Shown in pieces: positions 1 to 9,895 of a DNA stretch of 38,806 bases. This DNA comes from a virus (taxonomy: Duplodnaviria; Caudoviricetes). The notes under the pieces are model-generated. The model was given only the letters and a program-made list of their open reading frames with translations, did not search any database and was not told where the DNA came from. A program made the translations under genes and the position numbers. The first letter of the stretch is position 1; each line of letters opens with the position of its first letter. The DNA is taken from positions 1-38,806 of IMG/VR virus record IMGVR_UViG_3300008964_000008; one strand, written 5' to 3'.

Positions 1-1
1 T

Positions 2-1435
2 ATAAACGCATATAGGAAGTTACCTTCTTTCTTTAGGCCATTGTCGGATGTTCCTTTAACAGGAAAGGTTCCAGCAACTGGTCTTAAGTTCTCTACAGGT
101 AAATTAGAACTAGACGAAGAAGAGTTGATGTCAGGTATTGATTTCAGATCTTCTGGTGTTACGGCTTATGATGGTCAAAAACTAGGATACTATCTACACG
201 ATGAGATTGGTAAGGTAACACTATTAGACATTAGGGATAGATGGAATGTCGTTAAGTATTGTTTACTTGACGATCAAGGTAAGATAATAGGAAAGTCTTT
301 CCATACAACAACGGTAGAGGAAATGGAAGCAGGTGGTAGTCAGATGTTGGACTTATGGAAGAACTCAAACCAATATGAAAAGAAAGGAAAGAGAACAGCC
401 AGCGGTCTTGCTAGATTCTTTGTGGCAGCAGATGAAACAAGACATCTTCATCCAAGATATGGTATAGCAAATAAAGAATTAGCTAGAGCTGAGATATTAG
501 AAGAAAGGGAGTCTTTGAAAGAAGATCCTAGAGCTTTATCTTCTGCAAAAAGAAAGGAACCGCTAGATGAGAAAGAAGCGTTTCAATCAGATAGTTCTGT
601 TTGTGTATATAATCCAATATTATTAAACGATAGGCTAGATATATTAAAGTGGAGCAAGTCTAGATTAAAGAAAGGAAACTTCCAATGGAAAGATGGAGTT
701 AGAGATTCTGAGGTTGAGTTTAGAGAAAGTGTAAACGGTAGATTTTTAATTGCCGAGATGCCAGCTAAGCCAAATGCTTTTGAAAAGAAAGGAAGTGTTA
801 TCAAGCCTATGAATAGTTCTATGTATTCAGCAGGTGTCGATCCATTCTCTCACCAAACGGTAAGCAAGTCTCACGAATCAAGAGCTTCTAACGGAGCTAT
901 GGTTATATTTAAAAAAGCAAACCCATTATCTCCTACTGAGTACGATATGAGTCCTGTTCTTTACTATTGTAATCGCCCAGATTCGCCTGAAACCTTTTAT
1001 GAGGACGTACGTATGGCTTTGTGCTTTTATGGCTGTAATGCGCTTATAGAGAACAATAAACCAGGTATTATTTATTACCTTGAGGAGAAAGGCTGTGCAG
1101 ACTTTTGCTTTATGCCTCCAGATAAGACCACAAGGGGTTTGTCAGCTACATTAAAGACGACTACGTATATGGCCGAGCTAACGGACCAGTACATAAATGA
1201 CCACATAAACAATGTTTGGTTTGAGGGGCTTATAGAGGAATGGTTACAATTTGACCCAGGCGATACGACCAAGTCGGATAGCGCAATGGCAGCAGGTTAT
1301 GCACTTATGTTAATTAATAACCATAAGTATAATCCAAAGGTCGGAAAGAAAGAAGATATTGATGTTTTGAACGTATTACCATTCTTAAGGGGAAAGAGCT
1401 CTAGCAACCTTTTGGGCAAAAAACTAGGTTTTTAA
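2..1435 (+). CDS. terL: Terminase large subunit (5'-truncated by the window edge)
   Basis: The frame is open from base 2 (INAYRKLPSFFRPL...). Walker B-like YLHDEIGK, coupling region HTTT, RNase H-like nuclease motifs AGVDPF, LIENNK and DSAMAAGYAL. Directly upstream of the portal. Confidence 0.9.
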   Translation: MNAYRKLPSFFRPLSDVPLTGKVPATGLKFSTGKLELDEEELMSGIDFRSSGVTAYDGQKLGYYLHDEIGKVTLLDIRDRWNVVKYCLLDDQGKIIGKSFHTTTVEEMEAGGSQMLDLWKNSNQYEKKGKRTASGLARFFVAADETRHLHPRYGIANKELARAEILEERESLKEDPRALSSAKRKEPLDEKEAFQSDSSVCVYNPILLNDRLDILKWSKSRLKKGNFQWKDGVRDSEVEFRESVNGRFLIAEMPAKPNAFEKKGSVIKPMNSSMYSAGVDPFSHQTVSKSHESRASNGAMVIFKKANPLSPTEYDMSPVLYYCNRPDSPETFYEDVRMALCFYGCNALIENNKPGIIYYLEEKGCADFCFMPPDKTTRGLSATLKTTTYMAELTDQYINDHINNVWFEGLIEEWLQFDPGDTTKSDSAMAAGYALMLINNHKYNPKVGKKEDIDVLNVLPFLRGKSSSNLLGKKLGF

Positions 1436-1447
1436 AGCGTATTATAT
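1434..1447 (+). promoter_or_regulatory. Candidate late-promoter motif AAAGCGTATTATAT upstream of portal
   Basis: Copy of a motif repeated before eight structural genes; GCG starts 32 nt before ATG 1469. Confidence 0.75.
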
Positions 1448-1468
1448 CAACACAACTAATAAGACGAG

Positions 1469-4102
1469 ATGTCAGCAGAAATAATTAGCAATGCAAGGAC
1501 CTTATTCCCAAACGAGGATGTAAGCCCTAAAGAAAAAGAATCAAAAGAGTGGTTAATGCAATTTGCGCAAGCAGCATTTAACTCCTACGGAGACACACCA
1601 TTTGGCTCAATCGGTTATAGATCTAGAGACAAATATGAGTGGATTAAAACATACGCTCAAGGTCGTCAATCTATAGAAAGATACAAAAGAGTATTAACAC
1701 CAGATCAAGATCCCAATAACAATAACCTTGTTGTTGACTGGTCTGTATTGCCTATTATACCTAAGTTCAGAAGAACAGCTTTAGGATTATTAGAGAAACA
1801 AAACTATGATATTCAAATAGATCCAGTGGATCCGTTTGCTCAATCAGAGAAGGATATGCTAGTTGCTGAAATGAAAGCAAAAGCTATTCTTAGAGAAGAA
1901 TTTAAAAAACAAGGAAGACCAGATCTAGCGGAAAGTGCAGCAATTATGGCTAACCCTGGAGAGCCAGATGATTTAGATGGAATTGAAGTTGCTGAATTAG
2001 GTATGCGTCATAAGACATCTATGGAAGCTGAGTTAGTAGTTGAGTTGGTGTTTGACCAAAACGATTACGAAGGACAACGTAGACAACAATTACAAGATCA
2101 GTTTGACTATGGTGTTGCTATATTTAAAGATTACGAACAAGATGGTTTAGTAGGATTTAGAAGAGTAGACCCTAGAAGATTCTTATCTAATTTCTGTACA
2201 TACCCTGACTTTAGAGATTTAAGATATGCAGGTGAGGTATTAGAGGTTCCTGTTGCTCAATTAATTCAAATGAGCAATGGTGAGTTAACCAAAGAAGATA
2301 TTGAGTTTATTTATAAGTATGCAAACGCAAATCAATGGCGTGGAAATATGCCAGTAGGTAATGCATACTATGGTACATATAATGACTTTTGGAATAAAGG
2401 AAAGGTTCAAGTATTGGATCTTGAGATTATGTCTACAGATGATTTAGTTAGAGAAGAAAGAGTTGACCGTAGAGGAAATACTATTTTTGGAAGAGCTGGA
2501 TTTGAAGATACAAATAATAAAAAACAAAAGTTTAAAAGAAAACAAGTTGTAGGTATATATAGAGTTAAATGGATTGTTGGAACTAACATTTGCTTTGACT
2601 ATGGTAAACAATGGAACATTAAACGTGATCCAATTAACATAGCAAGAGCTAAATCTAGTTTCCATATCGCTCCAGTTGATTTCTTTGATATGAAGACATT
2701 TAGCCGTATGGAAGCAATTATTCCTTACGCTGATGCAATTCAGTTGGCATTTTATAGATTACAACACGAATTAAATACCGCTGTTCCACGTGGTTTTAAT
2801 ATTAACCTTGCAGCCTTAGAAGAAGTAAGTTTATCTGGTGGAGGAAAAGCTATGAGTCCTTCTGATATCATTGATTTGTATTTACAAAGAGGTGTGTTAG
2901 TCAGTCGTTCAGTAGCAGCAGATGGAAGACAAGTTCCTCCAGCTATTAACCAGTTAGAAGGTGGTGTAGGTAATGCTATTTCTGAATATTGGAATATGAT
3001 TAATAATAATCTAGATATGATTCGTCAGACTCTAGGTTTAAATGAACTTACAGACGGTTCAACGCCTAATCCTAAGTTCTTAACTACAGTTGCACAATTA
3101 GCTGCATCTGGAACTAATAATGCGTTAAGCGATATTAGCTATGCAGATAGAGCTATTGCTCAATCGCTAGCTGAAGCAGTTGTTATTCGTGTGCAAGATG
3201 TAATTAAAAGAGGTGGTGGTGAAGCTTATGATAATTCATTAGGCTTAGGAACTGTAGAGCTATTAAAACGCTCACAAGAGATTTCTAAATACACTTATGG
3301 TATTTCAATTGTAGACAAACCTACAGCTGAAGAAAAGGCTAAATTAGATGAGTTAGTTAAAGTTGCTTTACAATCTGGTCAAGTTAATATTGATGATGTT
3401 ATACGTTTAAATAACATTCAAAATATTAAACAAGCAGAATTATTCTTAGCTTATAAAGTTAAAAAGAATAACGAGAAGAAGCAACAAGAAGCAATGCAAG
3501 CTCAACAAATGAATGGTCAGATCCAACAACAATCTGCTATGGTAGCTGAGCAAGCTAAACAACAAACTATCCAAATGGAATACCAAATGAAGTCTGAACT
3601 TGAAAAGGTAAAGGCGGATATGGAAGCTCGTTTAATTGAATTGCGTGGTCAGTTTGATTTAGAGAGAGAAAGAATTTCTGCAACAGGTAGAGTTGAGTCT
3701 TCGTTTGTTCAAGCTAAAGAAAGAGATGCTGCTAATATCAGAGACAACAAAACCAAGTTGATGCAAGATGGCAAAATGGAAGATATGGGTGAGATTGACG
3801 TTCCAGCAGAATTAGAATCTAGAGTAGCTCCAGAAACAGCAGGAGGTCAACAATTAAACATTCAAGAGCCTTCAGGATTTTCTTTCTTAGGAAATGCTAA
3901 TCAACAATCTCCAGCTGCTCAAGGTGCAGATATGATGCAACAGGGAATGAACGAGCAAATGAATGCTGCTAATCCAATGCAAGAAGAACAAGGTATGCAA
4001 GAGGAAATGGCAGGTGCGCAAGAAGAACAAGGAGCGCAAATGAGTGAGGAACAACAGCAAATGCAAGATATGTTAGCATTTCAGAATCAACAAGGTGCGT
4101 AA
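1469..4102 (+). CDS. Portal protein (crAss-like) with a long coiled-coil and Q/E/M-rich C-terminal tail
   Basis: 877 aa between terminase and scaffold/MCP. Motifs VLPIIPKF, RVDPRRFL, GLNELTDGSTP and a helical Q-rich barrel region are typical of Bacteroidota podophage portals. Confidence 0.85.
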   Translation: MSAEIISNARTLFPNEDVSPKEKESKEWLMQFAQAAFNSYGDTPFGSIGYRSRDKYEWIKTYAQGRQSIERYKRVLTPDQDPNNNNLVVDWSVLPIIPKFRRTALGLLEKQNYDIQIDPVDPFAQSEKDMLVAEMKAKAILREEFKKQGRPDLAESAAIMANPGEPDDLDGIEVAELGMRHKTSMEAELVVELVFDQNDYEGQRRQQLQDQFDYGVAIFKDYEQDGLVGFRRVDPRRFLSNFCTYPDFRDLRYAGEVLEVPVAQLIQMSNGELTKEDIEFIYKYANANQWRGNMPVGNAYYGTYNDFWNKGKVQVLDLEIMSTDDLVREERVDRRGNTIFGRAGFEDTNNKKQKFKRKQVVGIYRVKWIVGTNICFDYGKQWNIKRDPINIARAKSSFHIAPVDFFDMKTFSRMEAIIPYADAIQLAFYRLQHELNTAVPRGFNINLAALEEVSLSGGGKAMSPSDIIDLYLQRGVLVSRSVAADGRQVPPAINQLEGGVGNAISEYWNMINNNLDMIRQTLGLNELTDGSTPNPKFLTTVAQLAASGTNNALSDISYADRAIAQSLAEAVVIRVQDVIKRGGGEAYDNSLGLGTVELLKRSQEISKYTYGISIVDKPTAEEKAKLDELVKVALQSGQVNIDDVIRLNNIQNIKQAELFLAYKVKKNNEKKQQEAMQAQQMNGQIQQQSAMVAEQAKQQTIQMEYQMKSELEKVKADMEARLIELRGQFDLERERISATGRVESSFVQAKERDAANIRDNKTKLMQDGKMEDMGEIDVPAELESRVAPETAGGQQLNIQEPSGFSFLGNANQQSPAAQGADMMQQGMNEQMNAANPMQEEQGMQEEMAGAQEEQGAQMSEEQQQMQDMLAFQNQQGA

Positions 4103-4107
4103 TATAT
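4097..4107 (+). promoter_or_regulatory. Variant late-promoter motif GCGTAATATAT upstream of scaffold/MCP
   Basis: One mismatch to GCGTATTATAT, formed by the last portal codon plus stop; 34 nt before ATG 4131. Confidence 0.55.
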
Positions 4108-4130
4108 TCATAACATAAACACAGACACAA

Positions 4131-5273
4131 ATGGAAAACACACAAGAAACGGCACAAGTAGCTGAACAAGTAGTTGAACAAACTGCTCCAGTTGCAGAAG
4201 CACAAGCTCCACAAGCGGAAGCTCCACAAGAGAATCCATTTGCAGGAGAAGGAAAATGGACAATAAAAGGTGAGCACTCAAGTGCAGGGGTTCAATACAA
4301 CCAACCTGTAAATCAATTTGAGGAAGCACCTACTGAAACAAAGGTAGAAGAAACTTCAACTGTTGCAGAAAATGCAACAACTGAAACGCCTGAAGTTCCA
4401 GTTTATAGAGCAGAAGATACAACAGAAAGCGTAGTATCTTCACAAGAGCAAGCTACTCAAGAACCAATTGTTTTTGATCCTTGGGAGAAGTTAGGTTTAC
4501 AAGAAGACGATTATGCAAAGCAATTAATCGATGCTTATAAAACTAACCAGCTTGACGAGTTCTTAATTAAGACGAATACAAACTATGACTTGTATACAGA
4601 CGAAGAGATCATTAAAACTCAGATCGATTCTAAATATCCAAGTTTAGGTGAAGAAGAAAAGAATCTGATATTACAGAAGACTCTACAGAAAGAGTATGGA
4701 ATAACAGGTGACGAAGACGATGATAAAGTTGCACGTTTGATGATGAAGCTAGAGGCAGACAAGATCCGAGATGGATTAAAAGCTGAACAGTCTCAATACA
4801 AACCAAAAACTTTTGAAAACGAAGCGTCAAAATTTGAAGCACAGTTGAAAGCTCAACAGGAGGCAATTCAGCAACAAGTAGAAAGCTTCAAGAGTCATTT
4901 AACCTCACTACCAGACTTCAAGCAATTCGAGACGAGCAGGCTTGTAGAATTTGGAGACGGTGAAAACAGAATGAATTTTGAGGTAGAAAAAAATGCTGAC
5001 TTCTTGGGTGAAACATTAGACCAAAACAAGTTCTTTCAAAAATTCGTTGGCCAAGATGGTCAATTGGATATGAAGAAATGGATGAAAGCTTGGACATATG
5101 CAAACAACCCAGCTGCTGTAGAAAAATCTTTAATCAATTATGGTAAATCCCTAGGAGAAAAAAGATTATTTAATGAGCTTAAAAATACTAAGGCAGAGGA
5201 TGTTGTTCAGACTCCATCAAGAGGTTCTGGATTCGTGATAAAAGCTATCGATGGGAAACCATTTGGTGGTTAA
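4131..5273 (+). CDS. Putative capsid scaffolding protein
   Basis: Very acidic, with a disordered E/Q/A/T-rich N-terminus and helical coiled-coil C-terminus; located between portal and MCP. Confidence 0.65.
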   Translation: MENTQETAQVAEQVVEQTAPVAEAQAPQAEAPQENPFAGEGKWTIKGEHSSAGVQYNQPVNQFEEAPTETKVEETSTVAENATTETPEVPVYRAEDTTESVVSSQEQATQEPIVFDPWEKLGLQEDDYAKQLIDAYKTNQLDEFLIKTNTNYDLYTDEEIIKTQIDSKYPSLGEEEKNLILQKTLQKEYGITGDEDDDKVARLMMKLEADKIRDGLKAEQSQYKPKTFENEASKFEAQLKAQQEAIQQQVESFKSHLTSLPDFKQFETSRLVEFGDGENRMNFEVEKNADFLGETLDQNKFFQKFVGQDGQLDMKKWMKAWTYANNPAAVEKSLINYGKSLGEKRLFNELKNTKAEDVVQTPSRGSGFVIKAIDGKPFGG

Positions 5274-5313
5274 AATATAAAACAATTTTTTAAAACTTTT
5301 AAATTAAAACAAA

Positions 5314-6771
5314 ATGGCGTTTACTTACGGCAATGGTGTAGCAGGTGCTACCAACAAGTATACCGCATCAGCGGTGGCTCTCTTAGACCAAAGAGAGATT
5401 TATAACCAACTTATCGACATCCAAGACGATGCTGAGTGGTTAGATTTTATGTATATGGCAGGAAAAAAAGACGCAACTGCGGTTCCTTTCTATACTTCAT
5501 TCTACAATGACAATCTTTACAAATTGTTAACAGTAGCTGGCGTTCCAACTGGAACTACAACTATTCCTTTGATCCCTTTATCTACTGCTGATTACAACTT
5601 TATTTTAGTTGGTGATTTGTTAAAATTCCCTAGTGGAGCAGTTGGTCGTGTTCAAGAAAAACAATCTGCGGCTATCATTAAAGTTCAATCAGTTTCTGGT
5701 ACAGCTTTAGCTGCTTCTTTAGCTGCAATGAATGGTGTTAAGTTATCTGCTTTCTCTAATGCGCAAGAAGAGGGTTCAGTTGAGCCAGGTACTCGCCGTT
5801 GGTCAGTTAACTCTTTACAAAACCGTGTTCAAATCTTCCGTAATGCAATTAAAATTACAGACGTTCAGAACGCTTCTAAAATCGAGTTAGAGTTCAATGG
5901 TAAACCATACATCTTACCTTACGAAATGATCCAAGGTTTACAAAAACACCGTGGTGATATTTCTTTGGCTATGTGGTTAGGTGAAGTTTCAAACACTTTA
6001 TTTGCTGACGTAGATGGTCCAACAGCAACTGCAACTCCTCCTTACTTACAAGGTACTACTGGTTATGGTGTTCAAACTACTCGTGGTATGGATTCTTACA
6101 TCACTAACTACGGTATTAATGATTCAGTTACTACTGCTGGTACTTTCACTTTATCTGATTTATCTGACTTAGAAGCTCAATTAACTGCTGTTCGTGCTCC
6201 AATGGAATATATGATCGCAGGTTCTAATCCAGCTGTTGCAGTTATTTCTGATTTCTTGAAAAACTTACCAAGTTCTGGTGCTACAATTACTACTAACGTA
6301 AATACTGCAACTCCTCCAGTTGGTTTTTCTTCTCAATCAACTGCTAATAACGGTTTCTACAAATCTGGTATTAACTCTGGTATGTTAAGTGTTAATGGTC
6401 GTGAGATCGATTTACAAGCTGAGAAGTTTATGCACGGTGGTTACACTTATAACTTGAAAGCGTTCAAAGTATTATCTAATACTGACGTTATCAACTACAC
6501 TGGTGGACCAATCGCTAAATCTATCTACTTCTTACCAATGGGTAAAGTAAAAACTGTTGGTGGTGGAATGAACGATTACTTCCGTTACAAATATATGGCT
6601 CAACCAGCTCCTGGTACAGGTTCTGTAGAGACAGCAGAATTAATGACTGGTGCTCTTGCTCCAACCCCTACAAACCAAGAACAAAGCTTAACAGTTTCTT
6701 GGACTTCAAATATGGGTCTTGAAGTATTTGCTCCAAACAAATTTGCTAAAATTACTAATATCTTAGCATAG
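5314..6771 (+). CDS. Major capsid protein (HK97 fold, crAss-like)
   Basis: 485 aa. Strongly biased codon usage (GCT/ACT/GGT/TTA/AAC) consistent with high expression. Motifs SNAQEEGS, NRVQIFR, TTRGMD and SNMGLEV. Followed by a UUCG hairpin. Confidence 0.85.
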   Translation: MAFTYGNGVAGATNKYTASAVALLDQREIYNQLIDIQDDAEWLDFMYMAGKKDATAVPFYTSFYNDNLYKLLTVAGVPTGTTTIPLIPLSTADYNFILVGDLLKFPSGAVGRVQEKQSAAIIKVQSVSGTALAASLAAMNGVKLSAFSNAQEEGSVEPGTRRWSVNSLQNRVQIFRNAIKITDVQNASKIELEFNGKPYILPYEMIQGLQKHRGDISLAMWLGEVSNTLFADVDGPTATATPPYLQGTTGYGVQTTRGMDSYITNYGINDSVTTAGTFTLSDLSDLEAQLTAVRAPMEYMIAGSNPAVAVISDFLKNLPSSGATITTNVNTATPPVGFSSQSTANNGFYKSGINSGMLSVNGREIDLQAEKFMHGGYTYNLKAFKVLSNTDVINYTGGPIAKSIYFLPMGKVKTVGGGMNDYFRYKYMAQPAPGTGSVETAELMTGALAPTPTNQEQSLTVSWTSNMGLEVFAPNKFAKITNILA

Positions 6772-6786
6772 TAAAACTTGAGGAAA

Positions 6787-6806
6787 GGAGGGGGTTCGCC
6801 CCCTCT
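6787..6806 (+). terminator. GC hairpin with UUCG loop after MCP (terminator or mRNA stabiliser)
   Basis: GGAGGGGG-TTCG-CCCCCTCT, with only a weak U-tract after it. Confidence 0.6.
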
Positions 6807-6858
6807 AATCTTCACTTAAAACACACAAACATTTTTTAACACAAAACACAAAACACAA

Positions 6859-7737
6859 ATGGCACTTAAAAAGTTAGGAGTCTATAACGACTTCTCTGAT
6901 GAATTAAAAAAGCTTATTGCTTTACCTAAAAAAGGTACGCAAATTTCCTACAGATTTTTAGATATATACGAAGACCCAATGAGTGGTCAGTCTGTATATA
7001 AAGCCAAGTTAAAAATCCCTCCATTTTCTAAATGTTTTGATCCAGGTAAAAACGAATGGGTTGAAATAGGTTTAGTATCTGGTGTAGATCATTTTGGAAA
7101 TCCAATTCCTAACAGAGTAAGAAGAGTTTGGGCATCACCACAAGAGAATGCAGGTATGTTGCATTTAACTATTGGTAATTCACAAGATGATGAATTATTC
7201 CAATATCTTGAGCTTGCTTCGTTTAATTCAGCTAATGCAAATAGAGATGAAGAGATTCACCCTATTTTAGAGCGAGTTAATTTTGAAGCGGAGGCTAAGG
7301 AAAACCGTCAAGCTTTACGTATGAAGAGAGATGCTTTAATCAAAGCAGCTGCTTTATCTAAAGAAGAAGTATTCAATTTAACATTGTTACTTGGTTACGA
7401 TACAGAACTTTCTGAAGAGGAAATGAGATTTAACATTGAGGATTACGCCGAAGGTGAACCAGAAGATTTTATGGAACGCATTAATGACAAGCAAGTTGGA
7501 ATCAAAGCATTAGTTGCACAAGCTATTGTTTTAGACGTTGCTTACGTTAGCGTAGAAGAATCTAAATTAAAATGGACAGATTCTGACGGAGACATTATGA
7601 AGCTTGCAGACCTTGAAGACGATATGGTTTACGAACAATTCGCAGACTTTATTGACAAGAAAAAACAAGTAGCTGTACTTGATCAGATGAATAAATTAGT
7701 AGATGCAAAATTAGCTAAAAAGAAAGCTAAGAAATAA
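6859..7737 (+). CDS. Conserved hypothetical protein downstream of MCP (possible head-associated/assembly protein)
   Basis: 292-aa ORF with an A/C-rich leader; position parallels the conserved post-MCP gene of crAss-like phages. Confidence 0.6.
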   Translation: MALKKLGVYNDFSDELKKLIALPKKGTQISYRFLDIYEDPMSGQSVYKAKLKIPPFSKCFDPGKNEWVEIGLVSGVDHFGNPIPNRVRRVWASPQENAGMLHLTIGNSQDDELFQYLELASFNSANANRDEEIHPILERVNFEAEAKENRQALRMKRDALIKAAALSKEEVFNLTLLLGYDTELSEEEMRFNIEDYAEGEPEDFMERINDKQVGIKALVAQAIVLDVAYVSVEESKLKWTDSDGDIMKLADLEDDMVYEQFADFIDKKKQVAVLDQMNKLVDAKLAKKKAKK

Positions 7738-7758
7738 CTTAAAGATGTGTTTGTGTTG

Positions 7759-7794
7759 CTCAACGGCCCCTATTCTTAGGGGCTTTGAGTTTTT
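7759..7794 (+). terminator. Rho-independent terminator
   Basis: CTCAA-CG-GCCCCTA-TTCT-TAGGGGC-T-TTGAG followed by TTTTT. Confidence 0.75.
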
Positions 7795-7801
7795 ATAAAG
7801 T

Positions 7802-7812
7802 GCGTATTATAT
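7802..7812 (+). promoter_or_regulatory. Late-promoter motif GCGTATTATAT upstream of the lysis cassette
   Basis: Exact core copy directly after the terminator, 22 nt before ATG 7824. Confidence 0.7.
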
Positions 7813-7823
7813 GAGTATATTTT

Positions 7824-8423
7824 ATGGAAATGTTTGATAAATTAAAAGGGCTTGTTCCTCAGACTCTTATAGACGATATGATTGCTCACGATATTGATAC
7901 TCCGTTAAGAGCAGCACACTTTTTAGCGCAAGCAGCTCACGAGTCAGGTGGGTTTAAATTTAAGTCAGAAAACTTAAACTACGGTAAAGACGGATTATTA
8001 AAGATCTTCCCTAAGTATTTTACTCCAGCATCTGCTGAAGCATATAATAGAAACCCAGAAAAGATTGCATCTAAAGTTTATGCTAATCGTATGGGTAACG
8101 GTGATGAAGCAAGTAAAGATGGTTGGAAGTTTAAAGGACGTGGATACATCCAATTAACTGGTAAAGATAATTATAAAGCGTTTAGTGAATGGGCTAAAGA
8201 ACCATCTATATTAACAAATCCAGATCAAGTTGCTGAAGATAAATATGCAGGACTAAGTGCTATTTGGTTTTGGAATAAAAACGGATTAAGTAAGATTGCT
8301 GACACAGACAACTTGAGAGACAGCTCTACTGTTGAAAAAATAACTAAAAGAGTTAACGGTGGAACTCACGGACTTGCAGATAGAGTGGAAAGATTTAATA
8401 ACTACAAAAAGCTTTTATTCTAA
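7824..8423 (+). CDS. Endolysin, glycoside hydrolase family 19 (chitinase/lysozyme-like)
   Basis: GH19 motifs AHFLAQAAHESGGF, ENLNY, FKGRGYIQLTGKDNY, SAIWFW and ITKRVNGG. Confidence 0.93.
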   Translation: MEMFDKLKGLVPQTLIDDMIAHDIDTPLRAAHFLAQAAHESGGFKFKSENLNYGKDGLLKIFPKYFTPASAEAYNRNPEKIASKVYANRMGNGDEASKDGWKFKGRGYIQLTGKDNYKAFSEWAKEPSILTNPDQVAEDKYAGLSAIWFWNKNGLSKIADTDNLRDSSTVEKITKRVNGGTHGLADRVERFNNYKKLLF

Positions 8424-8602
8424 TGATCACAGGTAACGAGACGCAGGATAACCATATCTTGCTTTGGTCAAGCATTATATTGAATATTTTAGCAAACTTA
8501 GATAAAACAAATACAACATTCGTATTAGGTGTTATTGTTTCTATTCTTGCTATAATTAATTATGTTATTCAAATTAAAAAAAATCTTAAGAAAAGAAAAT
8601 AA
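8423..8602 (+). CDS. Putative holin, 59 aa (absent from the supplied ORF track)
   Basis: Hand translation MITGNETQDNHILLWSSIILNILANLDKTNTTFVLGVIVSILAIINYVIQIKKNLKKRK. Two hydrophobic segments and a basic C-tail. TAATG overlap with the endolysin stop; ends 3 nt before the spanin. Confidence 0.75.
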   Translation: MITGNETQDNHILLWSSIILNILANLDKTNTTFVLGVIVSILAIINYVIQIKKNLKKRK

Positions 8603-8605
8603 TTT

Positions 8606-9145
8606 ATGCGTGAAAAGGTTTTTTATATATTCTTATTGGGTGTTGTTAGCTTTATTACATTTAGCTGTAATCCTGTTAAGAGAGTCCTTACAACGCCAAA
8701 ATATTATGCGCAAGTTAAGCGAGAAGTTATACTACGTGGAGAATGCGCTAATGACACGATCACACAAGAAATATTAAAAGATACTATTATCTACAAAGAT
8801 ACCGTTATTCACGACAGCTTTAAAGTTAATATGCCAATGGAATGTCATTTGGATACTATTGTAAATGACTTTAGTGTTTACTTGGAGAATGGCAACTTAT
8901 GGGTTAAATGGTTAGGTCAAGTGCCTACTAGAACCATAAATAAACAAACGACTCACGTTGTTGTAGACAGAGCGAAAGAGGCTATATTAATAGATTCTTG
9001 CGCAAATCAAGAAAGAAAGATATACGATTTAAAAAACAAGATTGAATCTACCAAAAAGACCAAATTTAAGTTATTAGCAATCATAGTAATAATGACCTTA
9101 TTACTGTTTAGAAAACCCTTACTTAGACTCGTTAAGCCCTTTTAA
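8606..9145 (+). CDS. Putative unimolecular spanin (u-spanin)
   Basis: N-terminal lipoprotein signal ending ITFSC (Cys21) plus a C-terminal transmembrane helix LLAIIVIMTLLLF; within the lysis cassette. Confidence 0.75.
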   Translation: MREKVFYIFLLGVVSFITFSCNPVKRVLTTPKYYAQVKREVILRGECANDTITQEILKDTIIYKDTVIHDSFKVNMPMECHLDTIVNDFSVYLENGNLWVKWLGQVPTRTINKQTTHVVVDRAKEAILIDSCANQERKIYDLKNKIESTKKTKFKLLAIIVIMTLLLFRKPLLRLVKPF

Positions 9146-9146
9146 G

Positions 9147-9160
9147 AAGCGTATTATATA
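9147..9160 (+). promoter_or_regulatory. Late-promoter motif AAGCGTATTATATA upstream of ring/tail genes
   Basis: Exact copy, 27 nt before ATG 9176. Confidence 0.75.
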
Positions 9161-9175
9161 GGAAACTTAACGTAG

Positions 9176-9895
9176 ATGCAGAATGTATCTGATTTATACA
9201 ACTTTATAAACTTCATAGCTGATAAGAATCGCAGAGGGTATTTGTCTCCAGAAGAGATCTCCCAAGCGTTATCTTCGGCTCAAGTAGACCTTTGGAACTA
9301 CTATTGGGGTTTACCGCAAACTGCCCAAGCATTAAAGGGTGGAGCGCCTAATCCAGACTACGGATCCAGCCAATTAACTATTGACGCATTAAGTCCATTT
9401 AGAACTAGAACTCAAGTAACTCCAGGACCTGGAGGAATTATATATTTATATAACAATAGTGTTAGTTATCAAATACCTGACTTTGGCCACTTTATTGGTT
9501 TGTTTAAAATAAACACAACAACTAATGAGATAAGTGGAGTTAATCAATACTTGAACTCAGAGATAGTAGAGGCTTTAAGGTCTTCACTATATCCAGTAAC
9601 AGTAGATGATCAAGTATTTGTATTTGAGAATGATTTAATTCAATTATATCCAAGAACTACTATGCCTGCTGGATATGCAGCGGAAGTTCACTATATAGGC
9701 CTTCCTGATGATGTGGTTATTAACTATACAGTTACAGGTAATACTATTACTATTAATAATAGTACATCTATTCCGCCTCAGTTTGATTCTACATATTGGG
9801 TTGAATTAGTTGCTAGAGCACTACCTTACGTAGGCGTTAACTTGTCCGCACAAGAAGTACAAGCATTAGCTAACCAACAAATACAATCTGTATAA
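9176..9895 (+). CDS. Putative head-tail connector/ring protein 1
   Basis: Motifs DKNRRGYLSPEEI, AQVDL, LSPF and ELVARALPYVGVNL resemble crAss-like ring (tail tubular) proteins; synteny agrees. Confidence 0.65.
   Translation: MQNVSDLYNFINFIADKNRRGYLSPEEISQALSSAQVDLWNYYWGLPQTAQALKGGAPNPDYGSSQLTIDALSPFRTRTQVTPGPGGIIYLYNNSVSYQIPDFGHFIGLFKINTTTNEISGVNQYLNSEIVEALRSSLYPVTVDDQVFVFENDLIQLYPRTTMPAGYAAEVHYIGLPDDVVINYTVTGNTITINNSTSIPPQFDSTYWVELVARALPYVGVNLSAQEVQALANQQIQSV

Noticed and set aside
3840-4460. CAA/GAA-rich low-complexity DNA as a repeat element
   Set aside because: Explained by the Q/E-rich disordered portal tail and scaffold N-terminus.
8562-8777. 71-aa hydrophobic ORF as holin or embedded spanin subunit
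   Set aside because: It overlaps both the better-supported 59-aa holin and the u-spanin signal peptide, and its hydrophobicity is explained by the T-rich overlapping frame. Not fully excluded.
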